Counted from the first letter of the stretch, positions 19,976 to 30,843 are shown. The stretch: DNA of 52,937 bases from Planctomycetota bacterium (GCA_016873195.1 VGXW01000003.1:1-52937); one strand, 5' to 3'. The notes: generated by a model from the sequence alone, not told the origin. Numbers and translations are program-made.

Positions 19976-20369
19976 GGGTTGCCGGCAGCGAGAACATGTT
20001 CCGCGGATCGGCTCGGGCGCGCAGAAGGGGGAGGGAGCGGTGCGTCAGGCCGGACGCCAGCACGACAGCCGCGGCCGCGCGTGATTCGTCTGGCCGAGCG
20101 CCAGCATCGCCGCACGATGCAGGTCTCGCTTTTGCGTCATCGACCTCCGCTGCCGTTCCGCCATTTCGTCGAGGACTCCGTCATGCGGCACCGACTGCAT
20201 CTCGTCCGGCTCGCCGCGATCGCGGGCGTGTTCCGCGGCCGCCACTTTCCTGACCAGGACGACGTCGGCGCGCTCGCCCGCCAGCGGCCGGAATGCCGAG
20301 CAGCAGATCGGGCGGGGGCACCCAGCCCGCATGCTCGTCGCGCCCTTCGGGGCGCTACACTCGCTGCCC

Positions 20370-20675
20370 GTGGTCAGGCTCTACCCGACACCCCCCGAAC
20401 GGCTCGTCGATCAGGCCGGGCGTCCGTACTTCCTGTGGGACTCCGACCTGACCCTCGCCGACTTCGTGCGCCGGCTCGCTGAGTCGCCGCCGGACGGGCG
20501 GGCCTACCTCGTCGGCAAGCTCATGCGGCAGGCCCGGCCCGACGACGTGTTCACCTTCGTCGGCGTCGACGAGATCGTCGCGCTCTGGCCGCGGCTCCTG
20601 CGCTACCTCGGCAAGCAGCGGCCGTTCTGGTCCTGGTTGCTCCGCTACTGGGGGTATCCGGTCGATGCTGCTTAG
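20370..20675 (+). CDS. Small putative antitoxin partner of AbiEii
   Basis: RPYFLWDSD...YLVGKLMRQARPDDVF; overlaps the start of the downstream AbiEii gene. Start could be 20331. Confidence 0.65.
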   Translation: MVRLYPTPPERLVDQAGRPYFLWDSDLTLADFVRRLAESPPDGRAYLVGKLMRQARPDDVFTFVGVDEIVALWPRLLRYLGKQRPFWSWLLRYWGYPVDAA

Positions 20676-21309
20676 CGACTTGCAGGCGCGCGTGCTCGAA
20701 CTGCTCGCCGGGATCGAGCCGCCCTGGACGTTGACGGGAGGCGCCGCGCTGGCCGGATTCCATCTCGCGCATCGGACGACCCGCGATCTCGACCTGTTCT
20801 GGCATGGGCGCGATGCGATCACCGATGTGTGGCGGGAGGTCGCCGCGCGCCTGCGCGCCGCCGGACTCGAGGTCAGGGAGCTGCGTTCGTCCCCCGCCTT
20901 CTGCTCGTTGCAGGTGGTGCATGGCGGCGAGACGGTGGTCGTCGACCTCGTGGCCGAGCCCGTCCCCTGCATCGAGCCGCCGCTGGCCATGCCGCACCGC
21001 GGCGTCCACATCCTCGTCGACACGGCCCACGAGGTCCTGGTCAACAAGCTCTGCGCGCTGCTGCACCGTTCCGAACTGCGCGATCTGATCGACATCGCGG
21101 CCCTGGTCGCCAACGGCGGCGATCTGGAGCGGGCACTCGCCGATGCTCCGCGCAAGGACGGCGGCTTCTCGGCGCTGACCCTCGGCTTCTGCCTGCAGGG
21201 GTGGGCGCTGCGCGATGCCGCGCGCGCGTCCGGGCTGGCGGAGCGGGCCGCGGAACTCGAGCGGTTCCGGGACGAACTCCTGCAGCGCGTGGCGGGCGGG
21301 CAGCCCTGA
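20665..21309 (+). CDS. AbiEii/AbiGii family nucleotidyltransferase toxin
   Basis: LTGGAALAGFHLAHRTTRDLDLF, NKLCALLHRSELRDLIDI. Confidence 0.85.
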   Translation: MLLSDLQARVLELLAGIEPPWTLTGGAALAGFHLAHRTTRDLDLFWHGRDAITDVWREVAARLRAAGLEVRELRSSPAFCSLQVVHGGETVVVDLVAEPVPCIEPPLAMPHRGVHILVDTAHEVLVNKLCALLHRSELRDLIDIAALVANGGDLERALADAPRKDGGFSALTLGFCLQGWALRDAARASGLAERAAELERFRDELLQRVAGGQP

Positions 21310-21314
21310 GCCTG

Positions 21315-21372
21315 CGTACGCCGCAACGCGGCGACACGTCCAGGGCGAAACACGCACTCGGCGCCGCTGCGG
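21315..21372 (+). repeat. REP-like dispersed repeat, copy 1
   Basis: CGTACGCCGCAACGCGGCGACACGTCC...GGCGCCGCTGCGG; 55/58 identical to the reverse complement of 48488-48545; hairpin CGCCGC-AAC-GCGGCG. Confidence 0.85.
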
Positions 21373-21537
21373 GAGCCCCCGACCGGGAACGGCGCGGGAC
21401 CTCCGCCTACGCAGCAGGGCCACCCCTGTGACAAGGGCCGTCCGCGCTCGCTCGACCAGTCAGAACGCTGCCGCAGTCCGCGCGGGTGGCCGCCGGGTGC
21501 GCGCAGCCGATCCCTGATCTCCCGAGCGGAGGACCCC

Positions 21538-23811
21538 ATGCAGCGACTGTTCTTCCCGGCCGCCCTGTTCGCGGCCGTCTCGCTGGGCCTTGCCCAGGCA
21601 CCCATCGGCTCGTCCCGGCCCGCGGTCGGAACTGGCACGGAGCCGACCGTGTTCGCCGTCCAGGGCGTGCCGACCTCGAAAGCCGGCGTGCCGCTCGCGG
21701 CCGCCCAGCCGCGGCTCGACGAACTCACGTTCGCAGAGGAGCCGGGCGCCATCTGGGCGGCCGCCCGCACCTTCAAGGCCAGGTTCGATGCCGCTGGCGC
21801 GACCTTCGTCCCGTTCCTCGGCGCCGTGGCCGAACGCAACTACCCGATCACCTTCACCCTCGCGCAGGTCCGCGCCGGCACGATGGTGCTCCCGTTCGCC
21901 GGCAACGCCGCGCCCGCTCGCGATGGCGACACGATCCGTCTGCCGCGCGGCACCGTCTGCGAACTCTACGAACTGACGACCCTGGGCATGGAGCAGCGGT
22001 TCACCTTCGACCGGCTGCCCGTTCGCGGCGAACTGCACCTGCGGATCGCGGTCGGCACCGAACTCGCCTGCACGGCGACCGAAACGGGGCTCGCGTTCGG
22101 CAATCAGCTCGGCGGCGCGCGCTACGGCAAGGCGGTCGCCATCGACGCGCGCGGCGCGCGGATCGCCGTGGCCACGGAATGGCGCGAGGGCGGCATCGAA
22201 CTCACCGTGCCGGCGGCCTTCGTCGCGCGGGCGGAACTGCCGCTGCTGATCGACCCGCTGGTGACGGTGTTCGTCGCCGAGGCCACGACCGAGGCCGTGT
22301 CGTCGCCCGACGTTGCCTACGACGTGACCAACGATCGCTTCCTGCTGGTCTGGGAGCGCGCCTACAGCAGCACCGACCACGACGTCTGGTCCGAACTGCG
22401 CACGCGCAACGGCAACTACGTGGCCGGCGCCTGGATCGACGTCAGCGGCGACTACTGGGCCCGGCCGCGCGTCGCCAACAACAACCTGAACGACTGCTTC
22501 CTGGTCGTCGCCGAGAAGGGCCTGCCGTGGTTCGCCACCGACGTGGTCGGCAAGATCTGCACGGCCAGCTCGCCGCCGATGGTCGGCAACGAGATCTGGA
22601 TCAGCCCGAACGACGCCTACGACCACAGCGAGCCGGACGTCGGCGGCGACCCGGTCCTGCTGCCGCCGACCCACTTCTGCGTGGTCTGGCAGCGCCAGCA
22701 GGACGAGTTCGACTGGGACATCCTCTACCAGCTGGTCACTGCCCAGGGCCAGGTGCTGCTGGCGCCGAACCTGTTCCTGGCCAACGACGCCGGCATCGAG
22801 ACCCATCCCTCGATCTCGAAGTCGAACGGCACGGAGGCGACGCCGCAGCACTGGACCGTGGTCTGGGAGAAACTCGGCGCCTCCACCAGCTACGATATCC
22901 GCGGCGCGCAGGTGAACTGGAACGGCGCCATCACCGCGCCGGAGTTCGCGATCGACACCAGCAACGCCACCGACCGCAGGCCGTCCGTGTCGACGCGCAT
23001 GGACCTGGCCAACGGCAATCAGTGGCTCGTGGTCTACGAACGCACGATGACGCCCACCGACCGCGATCTCTTCGGCCAGCTGTGGACGGGCACGACACGG
23101 CTGAGCCCGGCGACCGGGGTCAACCTCAGCGCCCTGGTCGGCGGCGGCTTTCAGGGCCAGGACCAGAGCATGGCGGCGGTCGACAGCGACGGCTGCCGGT
23201 TCGCCGTGACCTGGTCGGAGCTCTTCCAGACCAGCACCACCGATCTCGACGTGTTCGCGGCGACGTTCCACGTGCGCCTCGGGCAGACGCTGGCGCTGTC
23301 CGAAGGCCACGTCCCCATCGCGACGTCCGGCCGCCCCGAGGACGGCGTGCAGGTCACCTCGCTGCGCAGCGGCGGTGGACCGCCGGTCGGCTACGGCCTC
23401 GTGCTGCAGGACGCCGGCAACAACGGCGACATCCTCGGCGCCTTCTACGACGGCATGGGCAGCACCGCGCCGAGCCGGCTCGTGATCGGCTGCGGCGGGC
23501 TCGGCATCGACTTCGCCGGCCCGGGGGCGCTCGGCACGGTGATGGACTTCCAGCTGCAGGGCGTCACCGGGGTGCCGTTCCTGGCCTTCGGCTTCCCGGT
23601 CTCGCCGCTGCCGCTCTGTCCGCAGTGCCGGATCGGCCTGGACCAGGGCACGATGTCGCTGATGTACGGCGCCCAGCGCTCGCTGACGATCCCGGCGCGC
23701 GGCGAGTTCTTCGGGCTCGTGCTGGGGGCACAGGGCGCCGACCTGCTGTCGGCTGGCGGGTGCCCGCAGCAGTACCGCACCAGCGACCGCATCGACTTCA
23801 CGATCCGGTGA
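21538..23811 (+). CDS. Large secreted hypothetical protein with shared C-terminal domain
   Basis: GGAGG RBS; signal peptide ...SLGLA-Q; PLLIDP motif followed by repeated P.V...F.VVW units; C-terminus LGAQG...TSDRIDFTIR. Confidence 0.82.
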   Translation: MQRLFFPAALFAAVSLGLAQAPIGSSRPAVGTGTEPTVFAVQGVPTSKAGVPLAAAQPRLDELTFAEEPGAIWAAARTFKARFDAAGATFVPFLGAVAERNYPITFTLAQVRAGTMVLPFAGNAAPARDGDTIRLPRGTVCELYELTTLGMEQRFTFDRLPVRGELHLRIAVGTELACTATETGLAFGNQLGGARYGKAVAIDARGARIAVATEWREGGIELTVPAAFVARAELPLLIDPLVTVFVAEATTEAVSSPDVAYDVTNDRFLLVWERAYSSTDHDVWSELRTRNGNYVAGAWIDVSGDYWARPRVANNNLNDCFLVVAEKGLPWFATDVVGKICTASSPPMVGNEIWISPNDAYDHSEPDVGGDPVLLPPTHFCVVWQRQQDEFDWDILYQLVTAQGQVLLAPNLFLANDAGIETHPSISKSNGTEATPQHWTVVWEKLGASTSYDIRGAQVNWNGAITAPEFAIDTSNATDRRPSVSTRMDLANGNQWLVVYERTMTPTDRDLFGQLWTGTTRLSPATGVNLSALVGGGFQGQDQSMAAVDSDGCRFAVTWSELFQTSTTDLDVFAATFHVRLGQTLALSEGHVPIATSGRPEDGVQVTSLRSGGGPPVGYGLVLQDAGNNGDILGAFYDGMGSTAPSRLVIGCGGLGIDFAGPGALGTVMDFQLQGVTGVPFLAFGFPVSPLPLCPQCRIGLDQGTMSLMYGAQRSLTIPARGEFFGLVLGAQGADLLSAGGCPQQYRTSDRIDFTIR

Positions 23812-23828
23812 GGTGCGGGGTGCGCGGT

Positions 23829-24416
23829 TCAGCCCCGATCCGCTGCGCCACCGTCCGGCCGCAGCAGCAGGCTGAGCCGCGCCAGCCCGCGGTAGACGAG
23901 GTTGCGCACCGCGCCCTCGCTGCGGCCCATGGCGCTGGCGACCTCCGGGTAGGGCAGCTCGACCAGCCGGTGCAGCAGGATGGCGTCGCGGTGGTCGGTC
24001 GGCAGCTGCTCCAGGGCCTGCTGGATCTCGAGCACGCGTTCGCGCGAGACCAGCTCGCGGCTCGGTGTCAACCACGTGACGAATGCCGACTCGTCGTCGT
24101 CGGCCGGCGTCTCGCGCGCCGCGTCCCGGGCGCCCGCCTGCCAGTAGCGCGCGCGGTCGATCAGCTTGTGCTCGGCGCGCTGGAACAGCCAGTGGCGGAA
24201 CTGCGCCTCGCTCGCGAAGTGCTGGTCGCCGAGATCCTGCAGGACCTCGCGGCAGACCGTCTGCACCAGGTCCGAGCACGATTCCTTGCCGCGCAGCATG
24301 GCGCCGCAGCGGGCGCGCAGGAACGCGCGCAGGCGGCCGAGGTGCTGCTGCAGCAGTGTCTCGATCGCGGCGCGGTCACCGCGGCTGGCGGCGCGTGCGA
24401 GCGTGGGCGAGTCCAT
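23829..24416 (-). CDS. ECF-type sigma-70 factor (planctomycete kinase-associated type)
   Basis: GDRAAIETLL...SDLVQTV...FRHWL (region 2), TPS linker, LEQLPTDHRDAILL...YPEVASAMGRSEGAVRNLVYRGL (region 4). Start uncertain. Confidence 0.9.
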   Translation of the reverse strand: MDSPTLARAASRGDRAAIETLLQQHLGRLRAFLRARCGAMLRGKESCSDLVQTVCREVLQDLGDQHFASEAQFRHWLFQRAEHKLIDRARYWQAGARDAARETPADDDESAFVTWLTPSRELVSRERVLEIQQALEQLPTDHRDAILLHRLVELPYPEVASAMGRSEGAVRNLVYRGLARLSLLLRPDGGAADRG

Positions 24417-24522
24417 GGCCGTGTCCGGCAATGGGCGCCGAGTATAGACTGGCTTCCCCGTCGCGGGGTGGCCGCCGCGCAGGGCGTGCCGGCCGCCAGA
24501 TCCTGCTGCCAGTGAGGTTGCC

Positions 24523-27500
24523 ATGGGCGAACGGAAAGTCGTGTCCGGAGCCGGACTCGAGGACCTGCTGGCGCAGTGCATGGAGCGGTTCGAGACCGAG
24601 GGCGAGGCGGGGCTGCTGGCGGCCCTGCAGCAGCACCCGCAGCATGCCGAAGCCGTGCGCGCCCGGCTCGACGAACTGCGCGCCGCCGGGCTGCTGCAGC
24701 AGGCGCCGGCACCGCACGCGCCGTTGCCACGGCGCCTCGGCGACTACGAACTCGGCGCCGTGATCGGCGGCGGCGGCATGGGCACGGTGTTCCGCGCGCG
24801 CCAGCGGAGCCTCGGCCGCGACGTCGCCGTCAAGGTGATCCGCGCCGACCGCCTGCACCTGGTCTCGGCGCGCGCGCGCTTCCAGCGCGAACTGCAGGCG
24901 CTGGCGCAGCTGCGGCATCCGGGCATCGTGCCGGTCCACGGCGGCGGCGAGGACCAGGGCATCCCGTATTTCGCCATGGAGCTGGTCGAGGGTTGCACGC
25001 TCGAGCGCGCGCTCGCGGGGCTGTCCGGCCAGAAGCCTGCGTCGTTGCGCGGAGCCGACCTCGCCGAACAGGTGGCGCTGTCGAGCGGCGGGCCCGCTGC
25101 GCCGGGCGCCGAGCTGTTCGCCGGCAGCTGGGTCGAGACCGCCTGCCGCATCGTGCGGCAGGTGGCGGCGGCGCTGCAGCACGCGCACGCGCACGGCGTC
25201 GTGCACCGCGACGTCAAACCGTCCAACATCATGCTGCAGTCCGACGGCCGCGTGCTGCTGTTCGACTTCGGCCTCGTCTGGCAGGCCGGCGCCGAACGCA
25301 TGACGCGCGACGGCGCCGTGGGCTCGCCGGCCTACATGGCGCCCGAGCAGCTGCGCGAGGCGGCGCTCGACGCGCGCACCGACGTCTACGGGCTCGGCGT
25401 GACGCTCTACGAGCTGCTGGCCCTGGAGCATCCGTTCCTGGCCAGCAGCGAGCACGAACTGCGGCAGCGCATCCTCGTCGGCGACCGCGTGCCGGTGCGC
25501 CACCGCAACCGCAGCGTGCCGTGGGAAGTGGAGACCATCTGCCAGGTGGCGATGGACCAGGATCCGGGCCGCCGCTATGCGACGGCCGAAGCGTTCGAGC
25601 ACGACCTCGCGGCCGTGCTGCAGCACCGTCCGATCCACGCCCGGCGGCCGGGTGCCCTGCTGCGCGCGCGGCGCTGGGCAGAGCGGCATCCGACCCTGGC
25701 CACGGCGCTCCTGCTGCTGCTGCTGCTCGGCGTCGGGCTGCCGACCCTGCTGTGGCGCACCGAAGCCCAGGCCAGCCGGCGCATCGAACAGCAGCGCAAT
25801 CGCGCCCAGGCGAACGAACGCCTCGCGCTGCAGGCCGTCAACCGTTTCCTGCGCGACATGGGCGGCGACGACCTGCAGTTCGTGCCGCGCATGCAGGAGA
25901 AGGGCCGGGCACTGCTCGAGGACTCGCTCGCGTTCTACGAACAGCTGTTGCGCGCGGGCGCCGACGACGCGCTGCTGCGCCTCGACCACGGCGCGGCCCT
26001 GCGCGACCTCGCCTGGGTGCAGATGCAGTTCGGCCAGGCGGAGGCGGCGCTCGCCAACTCGCTGCGGGCGATCGAGCGCCTGCTGCCGGCGCTGCAGGAC
26101 CCCGCACAGCGGGCCGCGGCCCTGTCGCTCTGCGGCTACGCCCGCTGCGAGCAGGGCACCATGCGCCGCAGCCTCGGCCACTGGGCCGAGGCCGAGGCCG
26201 CGTTCCGCATGGCGCTCGACGACTTCGCGGCCCTGGCCGCACTCGGCACGCACGGGCGCAGCGCGCGCGCGGGCGAAGCGGACGTCCAGCAGCGGCTCGC
26301 GAGCCTGCTGCGCGAACTGGGCCGGATCGAGGAGGCCGTTCCCGGCTACCAGCGAGCCCACGAACTGCTGTCGGCGCTGGTCCCCGAGTTGCCCGAGGAC
26401 GAGCACCTGCCCCTGCGGCTGGCGCAGGTGCACCACAGCCTCGCGCTGGTCCGTCTCGGCAACGGCGATCGCGCCGCTGCCGAGGCGCACGGCAAGGCCG
26501 AACTCGATCTGCTGGAGCGCCTGCGGCAGCGCCCCGGACGGTTCGGCGGCGTCGACCTGCAGTACGGCAACGCGCTCGTGCTGCTGGCAGGGTTCCACGA
26601 CGACCGCGGGGACCTCGACACGGCGCGGCAGCACTTCGCGACGGCGGTCGCCGCCATCGAGCAGGCCCTGGCGGACTTCCCCGGCGCGGTGGGCCTGAGC
26701 CAGGGGCTGGGCAAGGCGCTGGCGGCGCAAGGCGAGTTCCTGTGGCGGGCCAACCAGCGCGACGCGGCGTGGACGGCGTTCGAGCGGGCCACGGGGCTCC
26801 TGGCACCGCTGCCGGACCCGGCCGGCGCCGAGGAGGCTCCGAGCTTCGATCGCGTGCGGCTGCTGCGGCGCATGGCCACCGCGCGCCGCGAGGCCGGGAA
26901 CGGCGAGGCGGCCGAGACGCTGCTGCGGCAGGCCGTCGCCGAGGCCGCCGGCGCGTCGGCCGTGCACCGGCAGGTGGTCGCCTACCGGATCGAACTGGCG
27001 CGCTGCCGCAACGACCTCGGCATCCTGCTGTCGCGCCGCGCACAGCTCGAGGAGGCCGAGCGGGAGCACGAAGCGGCGCTCGCGTTGAAGCAGGAACTGG
27101 TGCAGCAGTTCCCGGCGCGCCCCGCCTACCGCCAGAGCCTGGCCGCGAGCTGGAACAACCTCGCGCGGATGCGGCAGCAGCGCGGCGACCCGGACGGCGC
27201 GCGGCAGGCCTACGAGCAGGCGGTGGCCGAGAAGGACGCGGTGCTGCGCGTCGACCCCGCGGTGGCCGAGTCGCACCACAGCCTCGCCAGCAGCTTGCAC
27301 AACCTCGCCGGCCTGTGGCTCGAGCAGAAGCAGCCGGCGGCAGCGCAACCGCTGCTGCAGCGCGCGGCGGCCTGCGCGCGCGACGCGGTGCGCCTGAACC
27401 CGTCCGACCGCGGCTTCCGGCGCCAGTTGGTGAACACGTGCGAGGCGCTGTCCTGGGCGCACCTGGCTCTCGGCACGCTCGATGCCGTGTTGCCGCTTGC

Positions 27501-27756
27501 CGCGGAGATCGTGGCCGCCGACGCCGGCGATGCGGTCGTGCCCGTGCGCGCGGCGATGCTGGCGGGACGCGTGCTCGGTCATGCCGCGGTCACCGCGGAA
27601 CTGCGGGCGCGGTGCGAACAGGACGGCGTCGGCTGGCTGCGCGAGGGAATCCGCCGCGGCTACGCCGACAAGGCCACGCTGCAGCAGAGTGACTACCTGG
27701 AGCCGTTGCGGCGGCTGCCCGCGTTCGCGGCGCTGGTCGAGGCGATCGGGAAGTAG
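24523..27756 (+). CDS. Hanks-type Ser/Thr protein kinase with TM segment and TPR repeats
   Basis: IGGGGMGTVF, VAVK, HRDVKPSN, DFGL, GSPAYMAPE, DVYGLG; hydrophobic LLLLLLLGVGLP; C-terminal TPR-like repeats. Confidence 0.93.
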   Translation: MGERKVVSGAGLEDLLAQCMERFETEGEAGLLAALQQHPQHAEAVRARLDELRAAGLLQQAPAPHAPLPRRLGDYELGAVIGGGGMGTVFRARQRSLGRDVAVKVIRADRLHLVSARARFQRELQALAQLRHPGIVPVHGGGEDQGIPYFAMELVEGCTLERALAGLSGQKPASLRGADLAEQVALSSGGPAAPGAELFAGSWVETACRIVRQVAAALQHAHAHGVVHRDVKPSNIMLQSDGRVLLFDFGLVWQAGAERMTRDGAVGSPAYMAPEQLREAALDARTDVYGLGVTLYELLALEHPFLASSEHELRQRILVGDRVPVRHRNRSVPWEVETICQVAMDQDPGRRYATAEAFEHDLAAVLQHRPIHARRPGALLRARRWAERHPTLATALLLLLLLGVGLPTLLWRTEAQASRRIEQQRNRAQANERLALQAVNRFLRDMGGDDLQFVPRMQEKGRALLEDSLAFYEQLLRAGADDALLRLDHGAALRDLAWVQMQFGQAEAALANSLRAIERLLPALQDPAQRAAALSLCGYARCEQGTMRRSLGHWAEAEAAFRMALDDFAALAALGTHGRSARAGEADVQQRLASLLRELGRIEEAVPGYQRAHELLSALVPELPEDEHLPLRLAQVHHSLALVRLGNGDRAAAEAHGKAELDLLERLRQRPGRFGGVDLQYGNALVLLAGFHDDRGDLDTARQHFATAVAAIEQALADFPGAVGLSQGLGKALAAQGEFLWRANQRDAAWTAFERATGLLAPLPDPAGAEEAPSFDRVRLLRRMATARREAGNGEAAETLLRQAVAEAAGASAVHRQVVAYRIELARCRNDLGILLSRRAQLEEAEREHEAALALKQELVQQFPARPAYRQSLAASWNNLARMRQQRGDPDGARQAYEQAVAEKDAVLRVDPAVAESHHSLASSLHNLAGLWLEQKQPAAAQPLLQRAAACARDAVRLNPSDRGFRRQLVNTCEALSWAHLALGTLDAVLPLAAEIVAADAGDAVVPVRAAMLAGRVLGHAAVTAELRARCEQDGVGWLREGIRRGYADKATLQQSDYLEPLRRLPAFAALVEAIGK

Positions 27757-27965
27757 GGCGCCGGACCGGCGCCATGCGGCCGTCCCACCGGGGGGATCCT
27801 CGCCGCCAGCCGCGCCACGGACCGCACGGCCTGGGCCTGCCGCACCGCGGCGCGGCAGAGCACGAGAACAGGTCGTAGCCGCACGCGGCTCCCGACCGGG
27901 ACGCCTGGTGCGAGCGAGGCTGCTCCCGGCACCGAGCCCGCGGTCTCCGCTGCCCGAGGGCTCCC

Positions 27966-28120
27966 ATGCGCACCCTGCTCACCTGCACCTTGCTCGCCTT
28001 CCTGTCCGCACCGCTCTCTTGCCAGGTCACCGGCCGCACGATGCACCTGCTCGCGCCGGCCGTGCTCGGCCAGACCGCGCTGTTCGGCATGTCGCACCCG
28101 CCGGCAGCCGCGGGCTCTGC
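27966..28120 (+). pseudogene. 5' fragment of a secreted protein gene
   Basis: [50 protein letters not shown] looks like a real signal peptide plus domain start, then degrades into Arg/Ser-rich non-coding-like sequence. Confidence 0.45.
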
Positions 28121-28322
28121 GCGATGGGCGGGCTCCTGCTGTGCGCGTTCGGGCACCTCGGCACGCTCGAGGTGCTCGGGCTCGACGGCACGCGGCTCTG
28201 CGCGCAGGTCGCAGTCGCGCAGATCGCTCAAGTCGATTCCGGATTCTGCCGATGACGCGGAAGCTCGACGCGTCTGCGCCCGAAGGCCCCGGCCGAGCCT
28301 GATCCCCCACGAAGGTGCTGCC

Positions 28323-30512
28323 TTGACCATCCGCGCGCGGCTGCTCGTCGTTCTGATCCTCTGCGGCGTCCTGCCAATGGTCGGCATCGGCCTGTTCGCC
28401 TGGCAACGCACCGCCACCGGCACGGCAGAGCTGGCCGCCAGCGCCAAGGACGCCTTGCGCAAGCGCGCCGAGGGCGGGCTGACCAGCGTCGCCGCGGCGC
28501 GCAGCGGCTACATCCAGCACTACCTCCAGAACGTCGCCGCGCACGTGCAGAGCCTGACGGACGACCCGCACTGCGCAGAGGCAATTGCCGCGCTCCAAAA
28601 GGCGATGTCGGAGTTGGTGCCGAAGCAGGCTGACGGCGCGGTCGACGAGGGCACCGTCGCTGGCCTGCGCCAGCAGCTCGGCACCTTCGTGCAGCGCGAG
28701 TTCGGCGGCGAGTTCGCTCGGCGCAACGGTGGCCAGACGGCCGACCACGGCGCCATCCTGGGCGCCATGGACGCGACCACTGTCGCCGCGCAGACGGTGA
28801 TGGGGGCCCGCAACCCGAACCCGCTCGGCAAGAAGGACGAGTTCCTGCCAGCGGCGCACGTGGACGGGTACGCGGCGGCGCACTGGCAGGCGCATCCGAA
28901 GTACCTGCAGGTACAGCGCGGACGCGGCTATTACGACCTGTTCCTGATCGACACCGATGGCCGGGTCGTCTACACGGTGTTCAAGGAGATGGACTTCGCC
29001 TCGTCACTTCGCGACGGGCCATGGGCGAAGTCGAACCTGAGCGAGCTGTTTCGGCGTCTGGCCGCGTCGCAGGGCAAGCAGGTGCTGCTGGCGGACTACA
29101 AGCCGTACGTGCCGTCGTACGGCGACCCGGCGAGCTTCGTCGGTGCGACGGTAGAACGCGACGGCAAGCGGGTCGGCTACCTCGCGGTCCAACTGCCGCT
29201 GGACAGGATCGCAGCGGTGATGGGGGACACCGAGGGGCTGGGCGAGACCGGGGAGTGCCTGCTGGTCGGACCCGACGAGCTGTTGCGCTCGAACTCGCCG
29301 CGCAATCCACAGCAGACGGTCGTGGCGTCGTTCCGCGACCCGCAGCGCGCCAGGATCGATCTGGAGCCGGTGCGACAGGCGCTGGCCGGCAAGGCGGGGG
29401 TCGAGGTGGTGAGGGACGGCCGCACCGGACGCGAGGATCTGGTGGCGTGGCGGCCGTTCGAATTCCTGGGGGTGCGCTGGTGCCTGCTGTCGCGCATGGC
29501 GACCGACGAACTGTTCGCGCCGATCAGGGCGATGGACGCGCAGGCCACCGACGTGGTGCACCGGTTCCTGTGGGGCAGCCTCTGGGCGACGCTGGCAGCC
29601 GCGGCAGCAGTGGCGGTCATCGCCCACCTGCTGGCGCGCCGCATCGCCGGGCCGCTGTCCAGGTTCATCACCAGGCTGACGGAGGCGGCCGAGCAGGTCG
29701 CCAGCGCCAGCACGCAGGTGTCGTCAGCCAGTCAGAACCTGGCAAGCGGTGCCAGCGAACAAGCGGCGAGCATACAGGAGACCTCGGCGACGCTGCAGGT
29801 GATGGCCGACAACAGCAAGGCCAACGCCCAACGGGCCCGCCAGGCCGAGGCGCTGGCGAGAGCGGCGACCGAGCAGGCCACCGGCGGCGAGGCGGAGGCG
29901 CGCCAGGTCTCGCAGCGAGTCGGCGAGAGGATGGCCAACCTGGGCCAGAGCATCGATGCGATCAGGCGCAGTACCGAAGCCACGGCCAAGATCGTCGACA
30001 CGATCGACGAGATCGCATTCCAGACCAACCTGCTGGCGCTGAACGCGGCCGTCGAAGCGGCACGGGCCGGCGATGCTGGCAGGGGCTTCGCGGTGGTGGC
30101 GGAGGAGGTGCGCAATCTGGCCCACCGCAGCGCCGAGGAGGTCAAGCACACGTCGCAGCTGATGCAGGAGGCGCGCGACAACACCGAACGGATCCAGTCC
30201 GTAGCCAAGGAGGTCGAACAGTTCCTGCAGCGGTCGGTATCGACCATGATCGTCGACACGTTCCAGCAGACGGTGCAGAAAACGCAGCAGGTGGCGGCGC
30301 TGATGGGCGAAGTGTGCATGGACAGCGACAAGCAGGCCGGCAACGTCGAGCAGATCAGCTTCGCCGTCACCCAGATGCAGCAGGTCACGCAGACCAATGC
30401 CGCTGGCGCCGAAGAGTCGGCGGCGGCCAGCGAGGAACTGTGCGCGCAATCGGTCGAGACCCGGAAGGTGGTTGCCGACCTGCAGGGCCTGGTGCACGGC
30501 ACGGGCGCTTGA
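28323..30512 (+). CDS. Methyl-accepting chemotaxis protein with Cache-type periplasmic domain
   Basis: Two TM helices; [23 protein letters not shown]; signalling hairpin [43 protein letters not shown] start at 28323 inferred, with GAAGG upstream. Confidence 0.92.
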   Translation: MTIRARLLVVLILCGVLPMVGIGLFAWQRTATGTAELAASAKDALRKRAEGGLTSVAAARSGYIQHYLQNVAAHVQSLTDDPHCAEAIAALQKAMSELVPKQADGAVDEGTVAGLRQQLGTFVQREFGGEFARRNGGQTADHGAILGAMDATTVAAQTVMGARNPNPLGKKDEFLPAAHVDGYAAAHWQAHPKYLQVQRGRGYYDLFLIDTDGRVVYTVFKEMDFASSLRDGPWAKSNLSELFRRLAASQGKQVLLADYKPYVPSYGDPASFVGATVERDGKRVGYLAVQLPLDRIAAVMGDTEGLGETGECLLVGPDELLRSNSPRNPQQTVVASFRDPQRARIDLEPVRQALAGKAGVEVVRDGRTGREDLVAWRPFEFLGVRWCLLSRMATDELFAPIRAMDAQATDVVHRFLWGSLWATLAAAAAVAVIAHLLARRIAGPLSRFITRLTEAAEQVASASTQVSSASQNLASGASEQAASIQETSATLQVMADNSKANAQRARQAEALARAATEQATGGEAEARQVSQRVGERMANLGQSIDAIRRSTEATAKIVDTIDEIAFQTNLLALNAAVEAARAGDAGRGFAVVAEEVRNLAHRSAEEVKHTSQLMQEARDNTERIQSVAKEVEQFLQRSVSTMIVDTFQQTVQKTQQVAALMGEVCMDSDKQAGNVEQISFAVTQMQQVTQTNAAGAEESAAASEELCAQSVETRKVVADLQGLVHGTGA

Positions 30513-30526
30513 GCGGGCGCCTGTAG

Positions 30527-30790
30527 ACGGACCCGAAGTCGCGGCACCTGTCCTCCTTCTGCAGCCGCGACCGCAACCGCATGAAGGTGCTCGTCGCCGA
30601 CGAGTCCGGCATGTGGGTGCTGAGCAAGCGCCTCGACCGCGGCACGTTCGCCTGGCCGGCGTTCGCTGCGGACGTGGTGAAGATCGAGTATCGGCCGCAG
30701 CAGCTGCCGCGCCCACCGAGAACAAGGACGACGACGAGAAGGACGAGCCACTGGCGCCCTCGGCACGGCCGCAGCCGCCGCAGGGGGGCT
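30527..30790 (+). mobile_element. IS66-family remnant (TnpB/Orf2 fragment)
   Basis: DPKSRHLSSFCSRDRNRMKVLVADESGMWVLSKRLDRGTFAWP matches the IS66 Orf2 core; the N-terminus, TnpC and terminal IRs are not seen. Confidence 0.75.
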
Positions 30791-30843
30791 GGCTTTTCCG
30801 GGATTTCCGTTAGTTTCTGCATCGCGGCAAACCACCAGGAGGC

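Noticed and set aside
19979-20332. Small ORFs between the FG-GAP gene and the AbiE pair
   Set aside because: No recognisable motif, RBS or clear codon bias in either direction.
21307-21372. Post-stop repeat hairpin acting as a SECIS
   Set aside because: The loop is AAC with no G, and the upstream proteins (e.g. PckA) are already complete at the TGA.
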